From the NCBI GenBank assembly GCA_001179505.1, contig CDMY01000449.1:10656-74655 (forward strand): a stretch of DNA of 64,000 nucleotides. Reading direction: 5' to 3'. The translations under genes were made by a program, and so were the position numbers. This document shows, piece by piece, positions 1-11,868 of the stretch; the first letter of the stretch is position 1; each line of letters opens with the position of its first letter. This stretch comes from Vitrella brassicaformis CCMP3155. Taxonomy: Eukaryota > Protista > Chromerida. The notes below the pieces were generated by a model. It ran no database searches and was not told the origin of the DNA. It worked only from the letters and a program-made list of their open reading frames with translations.

Positions 1-2994
1 CCTTCCTGACGCTAAAGACAATCTCCCTCAGCTGTGGGGTGAGTGTCCTGACTGCCTTGTGCACCGCATCCTTGCCCACGTCGAACGGGCCGGGGTCCGC
101 CAAGTTGAGCACCTTGACGGCGGGGAACATCCTGGTCATGAGAGACTCGGGCGGCTCGGGGAAGGGGGCCTCCCTGGTGGGCGAGTGCTCCAGGCACAGC
201 ACGGAGGCGCGCGAGAATCTGAGGGAGCGGATGAGGTCGAAGAACTCCGTCGGCATGGGGGGCTGCTCACTCCCCAACAGCGAGGTGGGGAAGATGGCCT
301 GCATTGCATTGTCACAAATGCATTCATTGAGTTGATCGCCTAAGGGCCCCCACCACCTCCCCCCAACTCACCTTGGTTGCGTATGATGCGAGGACCCTGA
401 CGGTGGGTGCCACTGTGTCGAATTCCTCGTTGTTGAAGTGGACCATGCGCCTCACCGAGAGGGCCAGCTCGCTGCCGCTGTAGTCCTCTACGGCATCGGT
501 AGCTAGCACATTGGTTCGGAACGTGTGCAGCTCCTGGGATGGCATTGCAGGACACACACGCACACTGATCCATGGCATGGCACAAATCGAGTGGGATGCT
601 GTCTGTCTGTCTGCTCCCGCCTCACCCGGACGTGCATCGACGTCAGTTTGTCGATCCTGAGTGTGGCCTGCAGCTTGACGATGCGCGGCTGAGCCCCCTC
701 GTGGAGCCAGCTGTTGTAGAGCTCGCCCCTGCTCTCGTGTGAGCCGCGGAACACCACACCGCCGATGGAGTACAGCTTGGGCGACTTGCCGTAGCGGTCG
801 GGGTCGAAGAAGTCGACGATGGTGGTCGCATCCTGACACACACCACACACACAAACACGTCAGCTGAGCGGGTCGGGCAGGTGCCACGGTGGACTTCCGG
901 CTGGTGCATACCGCCAGGCTCCAGCCAGGAAACTTGCGCTGGGCCCACTGAGCGATACACGCAGAGACGACAACGGGAAGGTGATCTGGCCGCCGGCTGG
1001 CTGTGTGCGTGCGTGTGTGGTTACAAGTTGATTCTGGTTGCTGATGAGTTTGATGTCGACGAATCCGGAGTTCCTGACCCACCAGGTGGTGTGCCTCTCG
1101 GCGGCGCGGACCTCCTCGGGGGTGTACTGGATCCGTCCCTTGCGGAACTTGAGCTTGTTCTTGCCCCTTCGCCACGTGGGGACGGAGACCGTCATGAGCG
1201 TGTCACGCATCGACAGCTTCTCGAGGGCCCTGTCAGACGGACAGACACACGCACAAGAGCAACCAACACGCGAGCAGCGAGAGACAGTGGGCATCCCAGT
1301 GACGTGCCTGCCCTGCCTGTGTTGGCTTACGTGAGCTGCCAGTTCCTGCGATATGCGACCCACACCCACAACCCGCCAACGTGCACGACCTGACACACAC
1401 ACGGACAGACAGACAGACGGACAGACAGACGTGTGGCCCCCATAAGCTTTTCTCCCTCCCTCCCTCCCTCCCCCCTCCCTCCCTGCTGACCTTGAGTTTG
1501 GGAAAGGGCACTGGCTTTTCGTTGCGTTTGTGTGGAGCGGCCTCCTCTTTCTTGCTGACTCCCTTGTCCTTGGGGAAGAAGGGCACTGTCTCCTTGGCGG
1601 AGCCCACACGCCCCGTGTCAGCCCACAGATACTCGATTTGCGTGGCGAACAAGCCCTCGACGAGGATGCTGAGCGAGTGGGTGTGCGGCGTCGTGATGGT
1701 CGCCTTGGTGACCGCAGCGAAGGTGGGCGTCCATGCGGCGATGGCCTTGGCTTTGGGGAAGAGGAACCTCTCGCTCGCAATGGTAGCTTCCGGGTGCATG
1801 GTGGGGTCGCGAGTCATGACGTGGAAGATGGGGTGCGCACGACCCAGGCTGCCGATCATCGGAACGACGCCTGCACACAGACCGACCAGCCTATATTTGC
1901 CCGTGCCTTTTGGTACGTCTGCGCGCACCCACCTAGCGAGGGTCCGATGAACTTGTAGAAGACCACCTCGGGCACGTCAAACAGACTTGGAGGGCAACCC
2001 TGATACACCAGCCACGCACAATATCGACACAGAACCACTCACTGATAGCTGCCTGTCTGTCTTTTTGCGGGTGGAGTGTGGCTTGCCTTGAAGCGCTTCC
2101 AGTAGTCCCACTTGGCGTCGACGCTGTCGAGTCGCCCTTTGATGGTGTTATAGGCCTCCAGGAGCTTCCTGACGTCCTGTATGTTCTTCTTGACGGCACA
2201 GTCACGGAGCACCTCCACACCCCCATGCATGAAGGATCGGAACATCTGATCAACAGCAGCAGCAAGAACAGAACAGCAAACCATCCACCACACGTGTGTG
2301 TGGTGTGTTGTCCATCCATCCATCGCCTGTCACCCACCTGCTGCTGCTTCCTCATTTCCTCCAGGTGCTGGTGATCCCGCCGCAGGAGCTTGACGTTGCT
2401 GATGCCCGGCAGCAGCCGCCTCACCTCCTTGAACCTCGCGCGCCGATCCTTCTCCACGATCGCCAGCCGCTTGTCCAAATCCTTCAGATGTCTGCTGACA
2501 TGACACACGATCGACTCGGCCTGAGGGTCAACAGCAAAGTCAGTGGCCACCGGTGAAAGACAAGGAATGTGTTGATTGATGCTGGTCGCCTCACCCTTCC
2601 TTTAGCTCTGTGGAGGCTGCTTCTGATCATCTGGCCTGTCACCTCGGCCGACAGATCTTCCTGCAGCGAAACATACATACCGACAGCAGACAGAACGGAA
2701 TCACAATGGCGAGTCGACTTGAAAGAAAGGTGTCCACTCACTCACCAATTTCTGCTGCCTCTCGGCCTCGCTATGGCAGGCATCAGCCGCGGCCATCTGC
2801 ACTTCCAAGTCGGCACGGGCTTGCTGACGCTCAGCTCGCCGCCTCCTGTTGTAGAACGCCCGCACCCGCACCCGCAGATCGGCCAACCTTCTTGCTACGC
2901 TCGGCAGACAACAGCGTGCCTTGCGCCGCCTTCCGTGAGGTGCTCTCCGCCCCGTCCCTGGTGAAGATCCACTCAGATGAGCCATCTCTGCCAA
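1..2994 (-). CDS. Multi-exon hypothetical protein, 3' end runs off the window; possible F-box-like motif (SLFDVPEVVFYKFIGPSL)
   Basis: Series of GC3-rich minus-strand exons (about 2336-2550, 2087-2220, 1931-1990, 1490-1870, 1030-1220, 646-835, 376-535, 1-300) separated by GT-AG introns with microsatellites. Start codon uncertain; F-box resemblance weak. Confidence 0.6.
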
Positions 2995-3059
2995 TGATGG
3001 CCGTCCACTCCCTCACTCCCTCCCCTCACCAAGGGGAGATCCCAGCTAGCTGGGAGCCG

Positions 3060-3075
3060 GTTAGGGTTAGGGTTT
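3060..3075 (-). promoter_or_regulatory. Telomere-like/telo-box motif (AAACCCTAACCCTAAC on minus) upstream of the first gene
   Basis: gttagggttagggttt seen directly; regulatory role is inference. Confidence 0.3.
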
Positions 3076-3639
3076 CGATCGGCCCGAGGGGTTTGGTGGA
3101 CGCGCGTTGAGCAAACCATGACGTGGACCGCGCGCGACGGGCTGCTGTTGCTTGCCTGTGATTGCTTCGACGTTAGTGAGTGAGTGAGTGAGTATCAAGG
3201 TCCTTGTCCCTTCTGCTTGACTCATATGTGTTTATGTGGATACGTACGATGTGACGTCAATTCGAGCTGTACTATGCGGATGTCCTCTTCCTTTGATGTG
3301 GCTTGCTTGTGTGTGTGATGGATGGGTCGCGACGAATGGATGGATCCATCATTGCAATGGACGAACCAAAGGTGTCCGTGTCGTATTCCCAACACTCCAC
3401 ATGGAGCGAATGAGTCGTTATGGCCATCAGAGTGACAAAGGCAAACACAAACCATCACAGAAAAGCCCACCACACACACGCTGCACCCGTCCACTCATCG
3501 CCGATGGACCGATCGATCAATCTGCACATCAAACAGCCGACAGCCGACCCGCCATGTGTCCTTGGTCACCCTGCAGCTGTTGCCTGCCTGTCTGTCTGTC
3601 TGCCTCCTTGGTGTGTTGGTTGGTCACGTACGTACGTAC

Positions 3640-6600
3640 CGTTTTGGACGAATCTGTACTCGCATAGTGGGCACTCGTAGAGGACCGTCATGCCCTCATC
3701 CATCCCGCGACACTGACCGACCGACCAGTCAAGGAAGGACATCACATCACATTCATCCATCCATCAGTGCATCCGTCGATGCGTGGAATATATGCGCCTG
3801 TCTCTGTGTGTGTGTGTGTGTGTCTGCATACGCACCTGTTTGGTGGCGAATCGCATGCGGGGATGGCCGCACCTCGGGCACTCCTCACAGATCTGACCCA
3901 CACACAACACAACACAACACAACACAGCACAACACAACACACGGTGCAGCGCATCAGTCCCTCCCTCCCCTGCCTCCCTCTTTGCTCTCTGTGCCACTTC
4001 CCCAGATGGCTTGCTTACGTATCTGTATTGTTCGTATTTGTCGTCGATGATGAATGGGTGTGAGAGTATGGGGTAGGAGAGGCCTCTGCAGAGCGTCACG
4101 GGGCAGGCCGGGTGGCCCCACTCGCGCCACCTCCTCCAGTACTCGGGCATGTACATCCACTCCTCCTCGATTACGTGAGGCGCACACGTCACCGACTGCT
4201 GACCCCAATACTCGTCAACCTACACACACACACACACACACACCAATCCATCCATCCATCCATGTGTCTGTCTGTCTGTCTGTCTGTTGTACTGTGGTTC
4301 TTTCTCTACCTCTGGAGGGGCGTCGCGCATCTGTGCGCGGCCCCGGTCCTTCTCGTCGTTGACCAGAAAGTCGGTTTGGGCCTTGACGTGCTGCCGCCCC
4401 CCACCGGTGCCCTTCTTCTTCCGCTCCCCCTCCTCCTTGTAAAAACGCGGGTAACTCGCACGCTGCGTCCGCCTCTGCCGCCTCACAGGCCTCCCCCCGC
4501 CCACCTCCTCTGTGTCGGCCATGTGTCCGTCCAGCTCACGCAGGACCTTCCTCTGTGCCATGGCAGTGAAGGCGCCCGTCCTGAAGTACTCATTGCGGCG
4601 GACGGCGTACTCTGCCTTGGAGATCTTGGGTGGGTAGTCGGGGCTGTAGGTGGGGCCCTTGAACCGCTCCCCCCGCCACTTGTGCACGTCGGGGTGCTGC
4701 CCGTCGACGGTGGCATAAATGGGGCCCGGGTTGGTCACCACGTGGTAGGCCGTCCTCGGCCGAGGAGGGATGAACTTGGGCTTGTCGTCGTCCTCGGGCG
4801 GCTGCCGGGCGGGGTCCAGGTCAGGGTGAGGCAGGTCATCCAGCGGGTCGTCAAACGGCACGCCCACCACCTTGCCCCACAGAGGGTGGTGCTTCACGCT
4901 TTCTGGATTGGCCTTCTTGCGCCGCTGGAACTTGGTCATGCTCTTGAGGTGCGCTGGGGTCTCGTTCTTCTTCCGCTCGGCCGTGTCTTTCTCCCCCTGG
5001 TCCCAGCGCCACTGGTAGCCGCTGTTCCAGGCCATCTGCCAGGGCAGCCAGCTGCCGGCGTACCCATTGCAGTCGTCGTATCCTTTGCACGTCTGCACGC
5101 CGCTATAGAGGTCCCGCTCGGTTAGTGCCTTGTCCTCCTTCTCACTCAGCGACTGCCGCACCGTCACGCGCGTGTTCTGCTTGAACTGCAGCAGGTCCTC
5201 GGTCGTGTAGGCGGTGCCGGGGTAGCCTGTGATGATCTGCCGGTCCTTGGGCAGCTTGCGGTCGGAGGGAGGGGGCGGAAGGGGCACCAGGTCGTCGGCG
5301 TATGGGCTCGGGTCGAACCCCCGCTCCCGGGCGTCGCCCTTGACCACACTGGCGGTCCTCTCCATCTTGCGGCGAAAGTTCTGGTTGTCCACGTACCGCC
5401 GCTGCACCTCAGCCTTGTCGCCGTGCACCGCCCAAGGGCCCCTCCACTCGTCCCTGTGCCACCGCGGCTTCCCCACCTTATTCTCGTACTTTTGACCGTC
5501 GATGGCCACCAGTCCGGCGCAGTACTGTGTGGGGCGCTTGACGCCGCGCTTGGCGGTGGGCGGGTTGGGTGGGATGAACTCGTAGTCGCTGATGTCGTCG
5601 GGCGATGAGTGCTCCTGACAGGGGACGAACAAGTCGCCGCCGTAGCCGTGTTTGGTGATGAGGGCCAGCTGGTCGGGCGGGCCGTCCTTGAAGACGTACT
5701 TGGCCACGCTCGGACTCATGCAGTGACGCTGGATGTCCTCCTCCTGGCCCCGCTGCTGATGGTCCAACTCGTCCAGCTCTTCCTTCTGCTCGCCCTCGCC
5801 CGCACCCTCACCCTCTTGCTGCTGCTCTGCCGTCTCGACTTCGCCCGCGGCCTCTGCAGGCTCGGGAGCAGCCATCTGCCGCTGGTCCTCGACGCTCGAA
5901 TCCTCCTTTGTGGCCTCCCGCACAGCAGCGTCGAGCATCTCGTCGGTAAGGATGGGGAGACCCTCGAGCGAGACCTCTTCACTGCCCTCCTCTTGCTTGA
6001 CCACAGGCATCTCAGGCACCTCAGGCACCTCAGGGGCGGGTGCAGGAGTAGCAGCTGCTGCTGGTGCAGCGGGAGCAGCCGACTGTGGTGGTTGCTGGGG
6101 CGGTGGTGGTGGCTGCTGTGGCGGCCAGGGGCCTGCCGGTGGCTGGGATGGCTCTGATGGTTGTTGGGGTGGCTGGGCAGGCTGCTGCAGGGGCTGGGGA
6201 GGCAGTGGCAAAAGTGACGGGCCAGCAGGTGGCTGTGGGTGGGGCTGGGGCTGCTCGCCCTCCTCCATGGGCTCTTGCTTGATGACTGGTGGTTGCTGGG
6301 GCGGTGGCTGCTGGCCCTCTTGCAGGAGGTAGTGCATCCAGCCCTTCTGGGGGTCGAAGCCCTCCTCCAGACTCGTGAGCAGACTCTCGCTCATCGTCGG
6401 CCAGATCTGCACCTCCTCGGGCATGGGCTGCGCAGCCCCCTCCCCGCTATCGCCCTCGGGCGGCTCGGACGACGAACTGCTGCTACCGCTGCTGCTGCTG
6501 CCACTGCTGCTGCTGCTGCTGCTGCTGCTCTCCTCTTCCTCCACACCCCGGCCACTGCCGTTGCCACTGCCGAGTTCTTGGCCGTGCTCGGCCTGCTCCT

Positions 6601-8443
6601 GGCCCTCCTCTGCCCCTCCCTCTTGCTCGTCCTCCTCTTCCTGTTCGCTGCCCTGTTCCGCAGCCATGGCTGCCCTCTGTCGGTCTCTGTCGGCGAGTCT
6701 GTTGTCGATGCAGCCATAGGTGTCGCCGTACCAGCGTGGCATGTAGTCGGGGTAGGCGTAGCGGAACTTGTCCTTGAACCAGTCGCTCTTCTTCATCCTC
6801 CCCTCCTGCAGGAAGCTCTGCCGCACGACCTCCTCCTTCTCCTCGCCATCTTCGAAGAAGCCCAGCCCCGCCATCATGTGGTAGCACCAGCGGTTGGTGC
6901 CCTCGATGCAGCCGTCCATGTCCCACATGATCCGCAGAGGGTCGGCGTTGGTGTTGTAGGGTCTGGAGGGAGGGGGGTAGGGGGCGGGGAGGGGCGTGTT
7001 GCGCGGCGCCATGGGGCCCAGGTGGGGCCACACCACGCGGGTGGTCCGGCACACGTGGCACTCGTGCGACATGAAGTTCTGGGCGTTGCTGAGGGTGCAC
7101 TTGAAGGGCTGGATGGAGCTGCCGCACCGACAACCTGACCAACCGACGACACGCACACGCACACACAGGTGAATGGTGCATCCATCCCTTCCGTGTGTTT
7201 GTGTGTGAGTGTCCCCTCAGCTCACTCACATTGGTATTCCTTGTAGGCCTGTCGCCAGGAGCCCCAGTTGGCGAACTGGCAGAGCGGGTGGAGGAGCTTG
7301 ACGGAGTTGTCATCCATCCTGCCGTCGAGCTCGAAGTCCGAGGGCAGCTCGTCCTCGTTTTTCTTCCTCTTCTTGCGCGCCCTCCTCTCGGCCTTCCACT
7401 CGCGGTCCTCCTCACTGTCGGTATTCCACGGATCTGTCATGGCGATGTCGGTCTCGACGTCCTCGGCCCTGACCTTGGAGTCCCAGAAGGGCTCGTCGTG
7501 CATCTCGAAGTCGGAAAAGTCGGGCTCGCGCGATATGTCGCTCTGCACGTCGTTGGCCTCGTTGGTGTGGCCCGAGTCGGCGTTGGTGAAGCCGGCCTGC
7601 CCGGTGAACATGACCATGTCGTGGTACGGCATATCAGCGCCTGATGGACAGACAGAGAGGGGAGAGGTGAGAGAAGGACGGCTGTGTGTGTGTGTGTGTG
7701 TGTGGTGAGCACTTACAGGCGTATGCGCCTTCAGGGAATGACCAGTAGGAGTCGTTGTGAGTGCTGAACCAGTCGACCATCTCGGGGTACCATTCCGGGT
7801 TCCAGTAGTCCATCTCCCTCTTGCCGTCCGTACGAGTGTCCACGTAGCTCCTGATGCACGTCCAGGCGTACTCGTAGATGCACCGCCAGTGCTGGTGCCA
7901 CTGCTCGATCATCCGGGGGTCCATGAACCCCACGCCCGTGCAGCGCGCCGGCTGGCAGAGCTTCTTGTCGATGAAGATCTTCTTAAGCCACTTGGTGCGC
8001 TCCATGCGCTTGGCCATCATCCTCTCGTACTCCTCCTTGACCTTGGGCAGCCGGGCCATCATCTGGTCGGTCTTGTCGCGCTTGGGGCGGTAGAGCAGGA
8101 AGCAGAGCTCCTCCCACAGCCCGTGGATGGCGTACGGCGTCCGCTCGTGGCCGCCCGGCTTGGTGTCGTCCCAGTACTCGTCGTAGAGGTCCTGGATCCA
8201 CCCCGGCCGCACCCCGTAGTGCTTGAAGTTCTTGCGGAAGATGTGACGCAGCACCTTGTCCCGCTCGAACTCACCCAGGTGCTTGACGCGCCACTCGCTC
8301 CACATCAGAGTGCCGTCCTCGTACTTGCCAAACATGTCACTCGTCGTGTCCATGCAGCCCCGGTCACCCTTGGGCGGCAGAGGCAGCCACTTGGGCCAGT
8401 CGTAACGACCCGTCTCGTAGTAGTAGAACTCCTGAGTCGTCAT
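3640..8443 (-). CDS. Giant (~1,430 aa) protein with an N-ribbon-like C-x2-C...C-x2-C motif and a C-terminal TFIIS/RPA12-type zinc ribbon
   Basis: Exons 8443-7717, 7640-7230, 7134-4310, 4219-4019, 3892-3836 and 3712-~3640 join in frame through canonical GT-AG sites. C-terminus reads ICEECPRCGHPRMRFATKQ|CRGMDEGMTVLYECPLCEYRFVQN, matching the CxxC...Q-x-R-S-A-D-E-G-x-T-x-x-Y-x-C-x-x-C consensus of RPA12/TFIIS-C. Final stop not resolved. Confidence 0.75.
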
Positions 8444-8660
8444 GGTGCCGTGTGGAGGACGCACCGATGGTCAGGAGGCACCAAGGCAGATGAGATGAAT
8501 GCGGACGGAGATGGATGCGATGGATCTGCCGAACTGACGGTAGATCTGAATGGGCTAATGGTCAGTGAGTGCCCCGGTGGTCCCACAAGCGGAAAAAGAA
8601 GGGGGTGGAGAAGCTCTGGATCGCAGTGCGAGCTCAAACGAAGAGAAGTTGAAGAGCCGA

Positions 8661-8837
8661 AGATCCGCACCAAAACCACACGCCTCGCCCGGCAGGTAAG
8701 ACGCAGATCCACTGGCGACGGAAGCGCTTCATTTCGTCACCTCTCTGCCTTTCTCCATTCAGGCAGCTTCCTGCAGCAGACGTCCATCCAGGCGGCCTGC
8801 TCCTGAAAACCACAACCAACACGCATGCAGGTACCAC
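8661..8837 (+). repeat. Repeat R, fragment A (terminal two-exon module only)
   Basis: Shares cgcaccaaaaccacacgcctcgcccggcag|gtaa...gacgtccatccaggcggcctgctc...accacaaccaacacgcatgcaggtaccac with the other copies. Confidence 0.85.
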
Positions 8838-9092
8838 CTTCCCAAACACGAAAGACCTGTGGAGTGATTGGCGTCTTTCGTGGCGCTGCATGAGGTCCGG
8901 TGAGCGCTGCAGTGAGGTCAACAGACCCTCCTGACCATACGGATTTGCTAGACAATGCAGATCTGAGGCGGACTGTCGGAGGAGCGTAACTCATCGAGAG
9001 CGATAGCATAGACACGGAGGACACACCAGCTGCAGGTGAGATGGGGGCATTGACGTGAATGGGTTTGTTTCATTCATCGGGCAGGTTGGTGT

Positions 9093-10249
9093 ATGGAAAT
9101 GGCGGCCTCCTCTGCCGGTGCTGGTCTTGGTGGTGATGGTGATTTGCTTGAGTGTGTGGTGTGTAAGGAGGAATACCAACCGGACGGCGACAAGGCGCCT
9201 GACCAGCTCAGATGCGGTGAACGAATGACAGCAGTGGATGGATGGCCTCACCGCCCGTCTGTGTGGCTGTGTGTACATGCTGTGTTTTCTCTCGGTACAC
9301 ACATTCTGTGCCAAGGTGCGTGGCTCACGCGAACCAAGACTGCACGGCTGTCCACTGCACTGTCTGTTGTGCTGTCTTGCAGTGTGTCAGAAACCTAGTG
9401 CGCCATCACCCCTATGGTCGTCGTGCTGCCAAGTGCTCCGAGTGCAGGTAAAGACAGCCATGGAGGGGACGCCTATGGCCAGTGTGAATGGCCTCAATCC
9501 TTCCCTCTTCCTTCGTCTGTGCGTCGATCGGTCAGGGTGGAGACTGCAGAGGCTGACGTCCGTCCCAACTACTTAGCCCAGAAGGCCGTGACCTCACTGC
9601 TGGCGGTGCGCATGCAATGGGTAAGAACAATCCCACAGACAGCCCTGACGCACCATGTGCTGCCGTGCTTGTGTGTGTGTGGTTGGACAGGTGAGTCTGC
9701 CAGAGGGCACGTCGCTGACTCGGCAGGAATACTACGGCCTTGTCGGACTGATGGGGGATCACGGGGTGAAGCTGCAGTCCATCTACCGGTACGCATGCAG
9801 GCGAGACACACACCCAAATAAGCACTGTGTATGACTGTGTGTGCATCAGGGCCTCCGTGCACGGAACCACCTACGGCGATATGCTGCGTTGTGTCGGCGA
9901 CAAAAGGGGCCTGGTGTTCGTCGTCCCCAAGGGCAAGTTCAAGTACGGCGCCTTCATCAGTGCCGGTCTGGAGCTGCCCGACGACCCCACGGACTGGAAC
10001 GCCTATGACTGTGATCTGTGGCACTTCTCGCTGGCCGGCAGTTTCCCCCAGCCCACCAAGATCGACATCGACCGAGAGAAGCAGTATGTGTATGTGGCGG
10101 GGAGGGAGGGAGGGTGTCTGTCGCTGGGTCATGGCTGTGATAAACCGACTGCCGACATCCGTGCCTGCGGTCAGCACTGCCGGATGACGGCTGGTGCGGT
10201 GGGGTACCATGCTATAGCTGATGACCTCGAGGTGCTGCATGTGTTGTAG
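9093..10249 (+). CDS. RING-finger plus TLDc-like domain protein
   Basis: Spliced RING: CVVCKEEY...LRCG|HTFCAK|CVRNL...KCSECR. C-terminal exon ASVHGTTYGDMLRCVGDKRGLVFVV...YGAFISAGLELPDDPT...WHFSLAG...ADDLEVLHVL matches TLDc-type motifs. Confidence 0.8.
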
Positions 10250-10669
10250 GGAATGAGGAAAGGAGATGCATCGAAGGTATGACTCGCTTCTTCACGCGTC
10301 ACTCACGCCTCCACAGAGTGCGTTTTCTATGTGCAACTGCTTGTCATGCGAGGAACGGATGGACGGATGGACTGCTGCAAGAGGGTGTCCATATCCAATT
10401 TATCCATCAATGCATTGTGTGCAATACGCATACGTCTTCCACTTGAATCGCAGTCCGTCGATTCGGATGTGACAGCACCCCCAACAGACCGAGCAGCCCC
10501 CTCTCTCACCCCATCTCTCTTCTTCCGACGTACACACGTCCAGACCATCCACCCACCGAACTGCCAGTCAGTCACGGCAGCGGGCCGGCCGTGTTGTCTT
10601 CCAGTCCAAATCGCCTCAGCAGCTGCCGCACGGCAGCCATCGTGAGAGGGAATCGCTCATCGACAGACG

Positions 10670-11868
10670 AGCACGGCCGATCCACCACCACCTGACACAC
10701 AAACAGAGGGGAAGCAACGCGATCGATCGGTCGCTGCTTGCTGCCTGCATTCTCTTGCCCTCCCTCTCTCTCTCTCTCTCTCTCGGTTGCGTGGTTCAAG
10801 TGACTGACCTGCTGCTGCCCGGTCTGTCTGTTGTTCCTCTTTAGCATGCTGAGATTTTGGGGTCGATAAGGCAGTCGCGAGCCGACCAACTATCCGCAAT
10901 TGCAAGCCATCCATCCATCCATCCATCCATCCACACGGATCAGAAAAAAGCGAGCCGCCTGCATGGATGAGCCGAGGAAACGACGGCCGAAGGGCTGAGA
11001 AGGCGCATCCGCCTCAATGCTGCAGACATGATGCGCGTGTGATTCGTTCGGGTGGCCGAGGTGTCCCCATCCTCAGTAAGTCACCAGGTAATGAAGCCGC
11101 CGTCCGTCCGCCGGTCTGTTGACGGGCACATGCTCTGCTCTCCACACTCCAACACACAGATACAGCCAGCCAGCCACCTGCTCAGATAGATAGACAGACA
11201 GACGGACAGACACAGGTACCAGGAGATCAATCAGCGCCGGGGCAGCCAGCCCCGGCCCTGAAGGCTATCGGAAACACCCCTGCTTGGTGCTCGATGACTG
11301 ACCGATGGGTCGATCTGCCAGCCCACTTTGTCATCGTCTTGCAATCGCGGCGGGCAGGACAGCACCTACACGAGAGAGAGGCAGACACACACAACACAGG
11401 ACGGCCCATTCATCAGTTGCGCAGGAATGGACTCGCCGTCGTTCCCTTACCTTGTCTGTCAATGAGGCAGACACTTAGCGGCGTCCGTCATCCTCAATAC
11501 GGCAGGTAGGCAGGCACCCGCCCGGCCGCACCGCTTTCCTCGTATGACTCCATTCCGTCCTTTCATTTGCTTCGTTGGTCACACCTGGACACAGACACAC
11601 GGACAGAGGAAAGAGGGAAACCTGTGGATCTCTCTGGTGGTCTGTTTCCGGGGACAGATCTCAGCGGATCGCGAGCTTAGCTTGCAGCGGTCGCTGCAGA
11701 AGACAGATCTCCGCACCAAAACCACACGCCTCGCCCGGCAGGTAACACGCAGATCCACTGGCGAAGGAAGCGCTTCATTTCGTCACCTCTCTGCCTTTCT
11801 CATTCATGCAGCTTCCTTGCAGCAGACGTCCATCCAGACGGCCTGCTCATCCTGAAACCACAACCAAC
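10670..11868 (+). repeat. Repeat R, copy B (~1.2 kb)
   Basis: Colinear with 57116-58415 and with the reverse complement of copies C and D; identical peptide shadows in the ORF track (MTDRWVDLPA..., MTPFRPFICF...). Confidence 0.9.

Noticed and set aside
6239-8806. Long plus-strand ORFs (6239-7138, 7757-8806 and similar)
   Set aside because: Antisense shadows of the GC3-biased minus-strand gene; L/V/A-rich with no motifs.
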